A stretch of 64,000 nt of DNA, from the NCBI RefSeq assembly GCF_004010195.1, contig NC_057757.1, positions 1,180,033 through 1,244,032 of the forward strand, given 5' to 3'. Positions within the stretch are counted from its first letter, which is position 1; every line of letters starts with the position of its first letter. The translations under genes and the position numbers were made by a program. The notes under the pieces are model-generated. The model was not told the origin of the DNA, did not search any database, and saw only the letters and a list, made by a program, of their open reading frames with translations. The DNA comes from Chiloscyllium plagiosum (lineage: Eukaryota). Positions 39,304-51,345 of the stretch are shown here, piece after piece.

Positions 39304-39671
39304 TGAAAAAAGTGTCAGGAATATTACTGGTACGAAAGGCTGATAACTTCCCAGGATGTTTTAAAAATTCTTTTACAATATGAGAGCATCGCTGGCTGGG
39401 CAGCATTTATTACTCATCCCCTAATTGCCCAGAGGGCAGTTGAGAGTCAAACACTTTGTTGTGGATTTAGAGTCACATGTAGGCCAGACTTCTTTTCCTA
39501 AAGGGGCATGAGTGAATCAGATGGGTTTTTCTGACAACTAGGCAATGGATTTAAAGTAATCATTAGATTCTTAATTCCAGATATTTATTGAATTCAAATT
39601 CCACCATCTGCCATGGTGGGTTTAGAACCCAGGTGCCCGGAACATTATCTGGGGCCTACGGATTAACAGTC

Positions 39672-40205
39672 CAGAGCCAGGGAGTTGGGTTCAATTCCAG
39701 CCTTTAGTGACTGTCTGTGTGGAGTTTGCATGTTCTCTCTGTGTCTGTGTGGGTTTTGGTCAGGTATTCTGGTGGTCTCCCTCAGCCCAAAGAAGTGCAG
39801 GCTCGGTGGATTAGCCATGGTAAATGCAGGATTACAGGGATTTGATGTGAGGGTGGGTTGCTCTTCGGAGGGTCAAATGGCCTCAACTATACTGGAATTT
39901 AGAATTAGAATCCCTGCAGTGTGGAAACAGGCCCTTCGGCCCAACAAGTCCGCACCAACCATCTGGAGAGCAACCCACACAGACCCCTAACCTATATTTA
40001 CCCCTGACTTAATAACCTACACAATGGGCAATTTAGCATGGCCAATTCACCTAACCTGCATATCTTTGGATTGCGGGAGGTAACCCACGTAGACACGGGG
40101 AGAATATGCAAACTCCACACAGACAGTCACCCGAGGCTAGAATCGAACCCGGGTCCCTGGTGCTGCGAAGCAGCGGTGCTAACCACAGTGCCATCGTGCC
40201 ACCCC
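39672..40205. mobile_element. Two HE1-type SINEs, tail to tail (39672-39895 +, 39900-40205 -)
   Basis: V-domain present in both orientations. Confidence 0.8.
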
Positions 40206-40409
40206 AAGAACTCAATGCATATACACATTGGCTGAATTACTTCCCACTCATTAATCTCCTATTCTCTGCCAGGCCTTCTCAGCTTCAGGGCCTTCCTCTG
40301 CCTTGTGGAACACTGATGCCTTCACTACGGAGAACTGTGAAGCTGTAAAATTTCACTTCAAATGTTTGTGGTAAGGTTAAACCTGTCAACATTCAAGGTT
40401 AGGAAGTGC

Positions 40410-41275
40410 TGCCTTTACACAAAGCCTTTCAGCACCTCAGAACTTCCTAAAACACTCTCCAGCCAGATATTTGATTTTGGAACTCTGTGAGAGAAATGCG
40501 GCAGCCAACATACACACAACGAGCTTCCACATAATGATTGCCAAATAATCTGTTCTCTAACTGATATTAGAGTAGATTCCCTACAGTGTGGAAACAGGCC
40601 CTTCGGCCCAACAAGTCGACACTAAACCTCCGAAGAGTAACCCACCCAGGCCCATTTCCCGCTGACTAATGCATCTAACACTATAGGCAATTTAGCATGG
40701 CCAATTCACCTGACCTGCACATTCTTGGATTGTAGGAGGAAACCAATGCACCCGGAGGAAATCCACGCAGACACAGGGAGAATGTGCAAACTCCACATAT
40801 TGACTGAGGGATAAATATTGTTTTCGGGACAGCAAGAGAACTGCTCTGCTTTTCACTCAGCAGTGACCATAGGCTCTCTTACATCCAGCTATATACTGAT
40901 AACGCTGCCCTGAGGATATGATGAAAATGCTCATTGTTAAAAGAACAAAATTAGCAATTTCAAAATCACAAGTGAATAAGACCTCAGGTGGCAGGAAATC
41001 AATTTTACTGTGGCTGCCTTAGTTCTAGAGTTCAACGTGCTCAGTGCATAGTGCTTAATACTGTCGCATCACAGCGCCAGGGAGTCGGGTTCGATTCCAG
41101 TCTTTGGTGACGGCAAACAGGGCCTTACAGTTCATCCAAAAGGAAGTACCTGCAAGAGCACAGAGCACCCTCAGCATTGCCCAGCGTCTGTCGGCCTGGA
41201 TTTTGTGATTAACTGTCTAAGTGGAACTCAAATTTATAACCTTTTGGTGCAGACGGGAGAGTGCTACCCACTGAA
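40410..41275 (-). mobile_element. DeuSINE interrupted by HE1 (40568-40798) and a 218-bp inverted insertion
   Basis: GAAATGCGGCAGCCAA, TGAGGGATAAATATTG and GAGAGTGCTACCCACTGA motifs. Confidence 0.7.
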
Positions 41276-44200
41276 GAAGTGTTTAGTGAAGTAATGGAAT
41301 TACTTCCATCCATTAGATTAAAAACCAGAGGGGAAAATGAAACAAGCTGAGGGAACAGCAAGCCTAATTGTACCCAGTGTTGCAGTCATTCTTGAAAAGG
41401 AATGGACAATGGTCACGCAGAACAGAAAATTCACCAAACTTCTGTTAGTGGAAACAATGGCCCAACTCCCCCGTGCGTCTGTCGAAGTACGAAAAGGCAG
41501 CCTGTGGTTTTTCGACTGAAGCGCTGCAGTGTATCTTGCAACATCCTGTGATCGAATCTGTGTGACACTGACAGTACAACTCCCAGCCATACTTGGTTTG
41601 AGTGCAAGCCACCACAGGCTACAACCAGCACACAGCCCTCTACAGCAGAGTGCTAGCCAGACCACAATCACAATGAGAAAGGAGGTTGGGGGGGTTGGGG
41701 GGGGGGGGGGGAGAGTGGAGAATGTGCTGATCGCCCCATCTGAGTTCACCTTCGTCTAATGGTATTCCTTCTTAGGCATTGCTCTCTTCCTTCTTGGAGC
41801 ACCATACCGCACGCTTGCTGCAAGTGGTGATTATCTATTGGCTAAGCAAGTCATAAACTATTGTGGGGTGAATCTTAACCAAAGCCTGACTTTCTCTTCT
41901 TTATGCTGTTCCCTTTTATAAGCTGAGGATAAGGGTCCAAAAGCCTTTTCCTTCCTCCACTTCCTGTGAGTGCTGTCTCACCTGCACTCCATCTCAGCTA
42001 CGTTCAAACGACAACACAGAAACTTGTACTCTATCTGGGATCTTTCCTGTCAAATTCTCTCTAATTACATCTCAACCCTTTCACTTAATGGTTATGGAGA
42101 TGCTGAAACTTAGGAAAACTGCTCTTGAGCAAGCAATTAGTTAACTTGGCAAGAGTGTTCATTTTCCAGTTGAGCATTGGAAAGTTTGTCACCATGGAAA
42201 TGAGGGTCAGGTGACCAACTGCAGAACCAAGAGAGTGGGGTGGTGGGCGCCAGGAAGTCACATGATTCGGCCTCCAGGAGTATACCCTGGGCAGACCTGC
42301 CAACCCAATTACATTAGGCACAAAATGGATTTACCCAGAACTTTGGGTGCAGAATGCATAATTTGCAGTGTGCCCACCCCTGTTCAAATTGTGGTTTGAC
42401 AATATTTACCTAATCAGCTCTTCAAAAATGGTTGTGGCATTAGTTCTTGGGCATCTGGCATTGATGTTTTCTTTTCAATCCTGCACACAACAGGAGGGGA
42501 AACAGCACTGCTATGCATAGTGGCCTGCGTTTTCTTAAAAGGCAAGTTCTTTCTCAAATGAAACATGAAGAAAAAGATTGATGCATTAGAAATTCTTGCA
42601 AATTGAACACAAGGCTATATCCAGATCCAGATTTATGGAGCCAATGCTGAGGCATTTACAGTATATATGAATAAGAGATGATGCCATGGTCGCATGGAAG
42701 CATTCTGAGGAAGGGTACTGGATCTATAACATTAACTCTTTTTTTCTCTTCACAGATGCTGCCAGACCTGCTGAGTTTTTCCAGTAATTTCTAGTTTTGC
42801 TCCTCTTTTGAGTTCTTGTTTGCAATCTGTCATAGTAGCCTGAGGAGAAGGACTGAAAGCAATTGCACATCACTTGGTCACGTGCATTGGAGGCTAAAAT
42901 GTAGTCAGGAATAACATGACAAGTCATTGATCTCCAGTGGGTATGAGAAGTGGCACGATGCAAAAATATTTCTCATCCACTACCACATTGTATTAGACAA
43001 TGGACTAAATAACCAGATTTAAAGAGGTTGCATTGCAGTTGTACTGTCGTGTGTGTAGCTGCAGATGCCTGTGTCTAGAAAGGATCTAGAGCTGGAAAGA
43101 GATAGTGTGTTGATTTACCAAGGTAATTCAGGGATGAAATTCCCTGCTTACAAAGAGACAATTAAAAATTGAAAAAGCACAAAATATGGCATTTTGATTC
43201 GTCATGTCTGAGCTGTCACTTTAAAGAGTGACAGTTTGTCCTAACTCCCCCACCCATTCTCCCACGGCCTGCAATTGTTCTCTCCTCTCGAAACATTAAT
43301 TTTGTTCCTCTCTCCACAGATGCTGCCAATCTTTTTGCGTTTCCCCAGCATTGTCTGTTTTTATTTCAGATGTCCAACATTTGCGTTATTTGACTTTGAT
43401 TTTACTCTGTATTAATTTGTTGTTAATGGGATTTTGGAGGGAATACATCTCAAATTTACTGCACTAACACTGTATCCAAAAGTGTTCAGCATCTCCATAA
43501 CCACTAAGTGAAAGAACTTTCTCCCAGTAATTATTCACTTCCCTTTAGAGCCACTGGAACTGCTTTAACTCGAGCAGAGGCGAAAGGAAATTGAACAGCC
43601 GCTTTAAAATGATTAAATTAGGCGAGTGAATAAGAAGTGATTTGTTTATTGTCCCAGATAAGGGATCATCAGTTGGAAATTGCAAGTCAGAGAGGCTGGA
43701 GAAGAGTGGTTAGGGAAGACAGAGAACATAACAACCAGATAAATATTACAAACACGGAGAAGGGAGAGAGCAGGGCAGTACGAATAATCTTAGATTTATT
43801 CAGAACGTTGAAGAGAGCACAGGCATGGACGCATTGACACAGGACTATCTGAGAAGTGACAGGATGGTGGGATTACTTTTAGATTGACACAGAGCCATAA
43901 AGAGATAAATGGTGGTGCCATTAGTTTTATATTAATCCAGGGATATGTGGTAAGTGCATGATAGTTGGATTAATTTGAGATTTATGCAGGGCTGTGAGGA
44001 GTTTGGGACATTGGGATTAATGTTAGATTGATGCAAATCTATCAAAGACATGGCAGCAGGATAGGATACAATCTATGATTAGGCTACAATAATACAGTAT
44101 AGCGCTTCGAAGACAGAATGAGACAGTGTGATTCGGGTTGAACTGAGATGAGACTATGATAAGGGAGAGTCCATGGGTTTAGCCTTGGATTGGCACAAGG

Positions 44201-46297
44201 CTATGAAGAGAGAGAAGTGCAATGGGATTTATGTGAGGATGATACAGAGGTATGGGAAGAGAGCAGAACAATATTTAATCTCTCAATCAGCATTACTAAA
44301 AGAGATTAATTTACTGTTTGAAAGTTCAAAGAATCCTGAGAAGTCATTTGGGTCTTGAAATGTTAATTTTGTTTCTCTCTCCACAGATGCTGCCAAGCTT
44401 GTTGAGTTTCTTCAGCATTGTCTGTTTTTATTTCAGATGTCCAACATTTGCGTTATTTGACTTTGGTTTTACTGCGTATTGACTTGTTCTTAACGAGACC
44501 TTGGAGGGAATACAGCTCAAGTTTACTGCACTAACACTGTAACTAAGTGTTCAATTATGAGGCTAGACTGCATTGTATTATCTTAGCAACAAGTGAATGA
44601 GGAGTGTTGAGATGCTTCTAATATTAAAAGAATTTGATAAGTTGATAATGAGAAACAAACTCCTTTGTTGGGGAAATGAAGAAAATGGGGATATTCTAAT
44701 CACAGCTAAGATATTTGAAGTCAAGCTTTTTGTAAATTGTCGTAGAAATCAGGCATTCTCTCCATCTCTCTCCTCTTGGGATCAGTTGGAGTTTTAAGAC
44801 CTAAGCTTGGTTGTTTTATCATGAACTCTTCTGCCAGTGGTAACTGAGACTTGATTACACTACCAAATCTCTTAGTTTCTATTGTACCATTTAGTTCATA
44901 TTGCCTACCTTCAGTCTCCCTGTCAAAGTTAATAATATTGCACTTGCAATATGGCCTCCTAAGGTCTGCTGCTATCATTGTTGACTACAATAAAGCCAAT
45001 AAAGAGAAATGGCCCAGAGGTGAATAAATGCAGTTGAGATGTAAATCAGCCATGACCTAACTTTATGGAAAAGCAGGCATAGTGAATAGTAACCTTCTTT
45101 TCTCCCTAATGTTCCTAGGACTAATTAGATGTTAGCACGAGACCTTGCTTCCAACTCCTATCTGAAGTAGATAACTCAAAGCAGTATTAAATTATTTGCA
45201 TTTGAGGACATTAATCAATTCTATGCTTACTTAGTTACAAGCAGAGATAGAATATTCCAGCAGAGAAGGTGTCACAGAGCCTTTCGGCCAGGTTACTAGG
45301 GTGATTTCCCCTGCTCCTCTTCAGGTTCTCTCCTCTTCCTGAGGTTTGGATGTACCAGTTACTTCTATTATCAGCAGCAAGGTTTAACTGCTAACATTGG
45401 GATGTTAATTGGTAAGGTCCCAATCTTACTCAAAGTGACTGCCCACAAGTTCACCTCATCAGGGGAATGCCCTGAATGTGACGCAGATCTAGACGTTGTC
45501 TGCCTTTAGAGCTGCTGTCTACTTGTTAAGGGTCACTTGATTCTTCCATTGTTCCAGATGGCATGCACTTTAAGGACAGTTGTACTAACACCAATGAAGC
45601 TGATGCTGCCCTGACTTAGTTTAGTTAATCAGCCAAGTTGAGATGTCAGGATGTGCCAATGTGTACACTACCAGCTGCTTGAAGGCAAAGAGAGAGCTGC
45701 GTCAGCTCAATCCGCATTCAAAACCAGAGGGTACGGCCAGAAATTACTCATTTCTATCACTGACATGGTGCCAACAAGTATTCTAAGCTCAGCTCAGAGG
45801 GAAAATGGGACCTTGGTTCATTTGAAAAGTGGCACTTGTGACAATGCAACTGTCTGATTTTTGTGCTCAGATTTCTGAAGTGAGACTTGAATGCAGAAAC
45901 CAGAGTGCAACCAACTGATTCATGGTTAACAGGCCTGAAAAACTGAAAGGGTAAAGGAGGTGAGGATTTAAGATCCTGGTAAAGTGTTAGCTAAAATAGA
46001 AGCCAATGCATTGATAAGGAAGAGTGCACAGAATAGAATGGAATATCCTTCATTGTCAGAATGATATAATTGCGGTATTGGATGCAATTGTGTTCACAGC
46101 AGTGCTGACAAAGGAAGACTGATCAAATAAGGAAAGAAGGGGAAAGAAAAACTTGTACTTTTAGAGTATCTTTCACTACTTAAGGACCCCTGGAAGCCCT
46201 TCATACTAATAAAACACTTTTGAAACGTGGCCACTGATTTAAAGTAGAAATGGTGATTTGCATAAAGTAAGATCCTGCAAACAGCAATGAAATAATT

Positions 46298-48425
46298 AGA
46301 GTCACAGAGTCATAGAGATGTACAGAACGGAAACAGACCCTTCAGCCCAACCCGTCCATGCCGACCAGATATCCCAACCCAATCTAGGCCCACCTGCCAG
46401 CACCCAGCCCATATCCCTCCAAACTCTTCCTATTCATATACCCATCCAGATGCCTTTTAAATGTTGCAATTGTACCAGCCTCCACCACTTCCTCTGGCAG
46501 CTCATTCCATACACGTACCACCCTCTGTGTGAAAAAGTTGCCCCTTAGGTCTCTTTTATATCTTTCCCCTCTCACCCTAAACCTATGCCCTCTAGTTCTG
46601 GCCTCCCCCACCCCAGGGAAACAATTTGCCTATTTACCCTATCCATGCTCCTCATGATTTTATAAACCTCTATGGGGTCACCCCTCAGCCTCCAACGCTC
46701 CAGGGAAAACAGCCCTAGCCTGTTCAGCCTCTCCCTATAGCTCAAATCTTCCAACCCTGGCAACGTCCTTGTAAATCTTTTCTGAAGCCTTTCAGGTTTC
46801 ACAACACCTTTCCGATAGGAAGGAGACCAGAATTGCACACAATATTCCAACAGTGGCCTAACCAATGTCCTGTACAGCTGCAACATGACCTCTCAACTCC
46901 TGTACTCAATACTCTGACCAATAAAGGAAAGCATACCAAACGCCTTCTTCACTATCATATTTACCTGTGACTCCACTTTCAAGGAACTATGAACCTGCAC
47001 TCCAAGGACTATTTGTTCAGCAACACTCCCTAGGACCTTACCATTAAGTGTGTAAGTCCTGCTAAGATTTGCTTTTCCAAAATGCAGCACCTCGCATTTA
47101 TCTAAATTATACTCCATCTGCCACTTCTCAGCCCATTGGCCCATCTCGTCAGGATCCTGTTATAATCTGAGGTAACCCTCTTCACTGTCCACTACACCAC
47201 CAATTTTGGTGTTATCTGCAAACTTACTAACTATACCTCTTATGCTCACACCCAAATCATTTATATAAATGATGAAAAGTAGTGGACCCAGCCCCGATCC
47301 TTGTGGCACTCCACTGGTCACAGGCCTCCAGTCTGAAAAACAACCCTCCACAACCATCCTCTGTCTTCTACCTTTTGAGCCAGTTCTATATCCAAATGGC
47401 TAGTTCTCCCTGTATTCCATGAGATCTAGGACCATGAGATCTAGGAGAAAGTGAGGACTGCAGATGCTGGAGATCAGAGCTGAAAAATGTGTTGCTGGAA
47501 AAATGCAGCAAGTCAGGCAGCATCCAAGGAGCAGGAGAATTGACGTTTTGGGCATAAGCCCTTCTTCAGGAATTCTTCCTTGAGATCTAACCTTGCTAAC
47601 CAGTCTCCCATGGGGAACCTTGTCGAACACCTTACTGAAGTCCACATAGATCACATCTACCACTCGGCCCTCATCAATCCTCTTTGTTACTTCTTCAAAC
47701 ACTATCAAGTTAGTGAGATATGATTTCCCACGCACAAAGTCATGTTGACTATCTCTAATCAGTCCTTTGCCATTCCAAAAAAATGTACATCCTGTCCCTC
47801 AGGATTCCCTCCAACAACTTGCCCACCACCGACGCCAGGCTCACTGGTCCATTCATTCCTGATGAAGGGCTTTTACCCAAAATGTCAATTTTCCTGCTCC
47901 TCGGATGCTGCCTGACTCTTGTGCTTTTCCAGCAGCACTCTAATCTAGGCTCTGATCTCCATCATCTGCAGTCCTCACTTTTGCCTCACTGGTCTATAGT
48001 TCTCTGGCTTGTCCTTACCGCCTTTCTTAAACAGTGGCACCACATTAGCCAACCTCCAGTCTTCTGGCACCTCACCTGTGACTATCGATGATACGAATAT
48101 CTCAGCAATGTACCCAGCAATCACTTCTCTAGCTTCCCACAGAGCTCTAGGGTACACCTGATCAGGTCCTGGGGATTTATCCACTTCTATGCATTTCAAG
48201 ACATCCAGAATTTACTCCTCTGTAATATGGACATTTTTCAAGATGTCACCATCTATTTCCCCACATTCTATATCTTCCATGTCCTTTTCCACTGTAAATA
48301 CTGATGCAAAATACTCGTTTAGTATCTCTCCCATCTCCTGTGGCTCCACACACAGGCCGCCTTGCTGATCTTTAAGGGGCCTATCCTTTTCCTAGTTACC
48401 CTTTTCTCTTTAATGTATTTGTAAA
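46298..48425 (-). mobile_element. CR1 (HER1-like) LINE inserted in a DeuSINE remnant, carrying two family-A Penelope insertions (47444-47580, 47850-47984)
   Basis: SGVPQGSGLGPLLF, DFSKVFDKVPH, DKSPGPDQVYPR; TSDs TGAGATCTA and CTCACTGGTC. Confidence 0.93.
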
Positions 48426-50907
48426 TTAATGCATTCTTTGTTTTCAGGTTTTGATTGAAGGAGAAATATTAGCTGAGGACACATGGAATATATCCCCTTC
48501 TCTTCCAACAGTGTCACAACATCACTGATCTTTTTTGAGAGTGAATACGGCGTCTAACAGCTCATCCAAAGGACAACACTTTCAATGATACATAATGCGA
48601 CAGAGGAGTGACAGGTTATGTCTGGCAGGCAGAACAAGCTCTTGACTAAAAGCATAATTTGTATTGGATTCACAAATGACAGTTTAGACAGATTTGAGAA
48701 ACTTCCATCAATTCCTTCGAACAAGTCAATGCAATGAAAGGATATTAGGCAACAAAACAAGAGGTGGATGTTTTAATTTTTCATTGCATCATGGGAAACA
48801 GCTTATTTTATTTCTAACACAGTATAGCAAACTATTGGCAAAATGTAGTATTCAAATCCATCAAAGGGCCAACAAAGTGGGCTGAATGACTTCCTGAGGT
48901 ACTGTAGATGTTTTCTAATCAACATGTTCAGAGACGCTCTACATCTGGATTAAGGGACTGAACTCGATTGGGTGGAGGTAGGGACTCTACCACAATGCGA
49001 GAAGAGCCCAGTCCTTCTCTACACTGTTTTTTTCTAAGAGGGCAGAGAATCAATGATTAACTCCTTCTCCTATGAACCAAAAAGAGGTCTACGCAAGTGA
49101 TTAGTTTTAAAACACTGTATTTTTAATACAATGCAGTTTAAATTGTTCAAAATTAGTTTGGAGTTACGGGGCAAGAATCAATTTTGTAAGCAGCACTTTG
49201 TGGAAAGAGTGTAGCAGAGTGTAGGGATAGTGGGTGATGCTGTGACTTACATCTTTGAAAATATTAACCTTTTAACCAGAGGCTGAAGATGACTCAGTCC
49301 TACCTGAACTTCAGGGAGTCCTTCAGACACTCTTCGAAGTCCACAGAGATGGTCATCTTGGCCAGCTGATGTGGGGATAAAGGGGCAATGGCAAAGATCT
49401 TCTGCCTTTAATTGTCCATCTTCTCCAGAGAAAGGCTGCGAGTGTGGGTTCAAGGCGGTTGATCAGTTTCTTGCAAGAGGAAGGGTAGTGTAGGCGGAGC
49501 AAGGCTGGTAACCACATCCTGGAAATACAGAATCAATTTAGTAAAACTGCACAAAACATTTTTGATAGAACAAAGAGAGTGCCATCTACTGAACCTACTG
49601 TGGAAATCAACTAGTCAATGTGGAGTTTACTGCGCCACGATCTAGTCAGTCAACGTCCGTCGTCAAACTCATTTGAGTGAATGATGTCAGTAGTGGAGCT
49701 TGGGGCAGGGTTAACAAGCAGCACCCATTGAGAAGGTACAGCGCAGGTTCGAATCAGTGTAAAAACCCAACTATGTCGTCCCCACCCCAAACAATTCCAT
49801 GGAATGGAGTACTAAAATGCATTTGTCCCATTTATGGGTGTGAGGTGTTGTAATTTGTGACCTACCAGGGCTGATTCCATCAGTGACAGGCAGTGCACAA
49901 ACTTGGTGTGTCCAACTCATTAAGCTAATTGTAGTATGGGGCTGAGAGTTGGTAAGTCTTTTTCGCGGACGGCTGCCTCTGTGCATAACGGGTGCAAATC
50001 ATCACTCTTTGCTCCTTCATCTTCCATCATATTGATGATGAACTTGACCTTTCACCCCAAACACCATTCTCAAGGTGGGACACCTGCAGTCCTCAGATCT
50101 TACAAAGAGGTACCCAGGTTATTTCTAAGAAATGCACTGAGAATAAGCCTATCCCCTGGTCTAATCCCCACTGTTCCTGATATCCGCTGTCCCCGGCTCT
50201 GGTCAGCAGGGACTCCAAACCCAGTTTCAGTGGAGCAGATGAAACTGCGCTAACCTCAATTTGTTCCAATCCCACCCACCATCATGAGAAACGTGAGAGG
50301 ATTTGGGGATTCTTTGCTGCTTCTAGCAATGTAGACGGTCAGTCTCACACTCCTGACATTTGGCTGGCCAGACATGGAGGGGATCTCTTCCTGAATCTGC
50401 CCCTGGCCTCACCATGATAGCTACCTTAAAGGTCCAGACAGAGAGCAGAAAACAGGGGGATTTGACCAAGCTGCCCACCGGCCTGAATTCTGTAACTATC
50501 TCGGTGTTCAATTGTTCAGAGTAACAGCCTGCTGTGCCTGTTTGAGGTTTTCTATGGCTCAGGGACAGCAGATAGAGTGGACAGCATTGTGGATTTAATA
50601 AACAGAATTATAATTTGATAAGTTTTTGAGTTAACTATCATAATTTAGAATATAATGCAGTGGCCCTTTGGAAAGGTTACTTAATTGTTTAAGTTCTTAA
50701 ATATTCCCATGTGATGATTTAATAATTCTTATTAAATTAACTGAAAGGGGAGACTGCACCCTCCATAATTCTAATATGAATTCTGAGACAGAGTGACATT
50801 GGCAGGACAGAGGATGCTAAAACACATGATTATTATAATTGATTCAATTGGGCTGTGTATTCTTTAGAAACTTCCTATTGGTGAGGAAGTGGGTGGGTTG
50901 AGCTGAA

Positions 50908-50913
50908 TATAAG
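50908..50913 (+). promoter_or_regulatory. Candidate TATA box for the ZP3-like gene
   Basis: TATAAG 75 nt upstream of the ATG; an E-box CACATG lies at 50823. Confidence 0.4.
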
Positions 50914-50982
50914 CAGGCTAATTCTAAACAGCATGTTTGCTGGGTTTTTGTATTCAGCAGTGTGTAGGAAGGGTGGTTAGTA

Positions 50983-51345
50983 ATGTGGTCCTTATTTTCC
51001 GTCCTTTTAATTGGAGTAGTTTGTTGTAATCATAGTGAATATTTAACACAGCAAGAGATTCTGAAGGGCAGCTTCAGGGTGACTCCTGACCTCATTCCTA
51101 GTGATTGGGTTCTTGCCTCCATTACAAGTGTTTTCCACTCCTCCTCCTTGCATGCTATTGCTGCTCTGTGTGGGGAGCAGGCATTACTAGTGATAGTCAA
51201 GTTAGACCTACTTGGAACTGGCTACTTAATCCAGGCTGTGGATTTGACTCTTGGGCCTGCAGGGTGCCTGTTCACTTATGTGGATGCAGGGACAAACATT
51301 GTGCTGTTTTACTATCCCCTCCCTGAGTGTGGCACTACTGTAATG
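50983..51345 (+). CDS. zp3: ZP3-like exon 1 (signal peptide, start of ZP-N)
   Basis: MWSLFSVLLIGVVCC...ALCGEQ...DLLGTGYLI...LPECGT; donor ATG|gtaaga. Confidence 0.9.

Noticed and set aside
41318..41749. 143-aa minus-strand ORF with poly-Pro and a hydrophobic stretch
   Set aside because: Poly-Pro comes from a G-run, the start is non-ATG and no family is recognisable; possible exons here could not be chained convincingly
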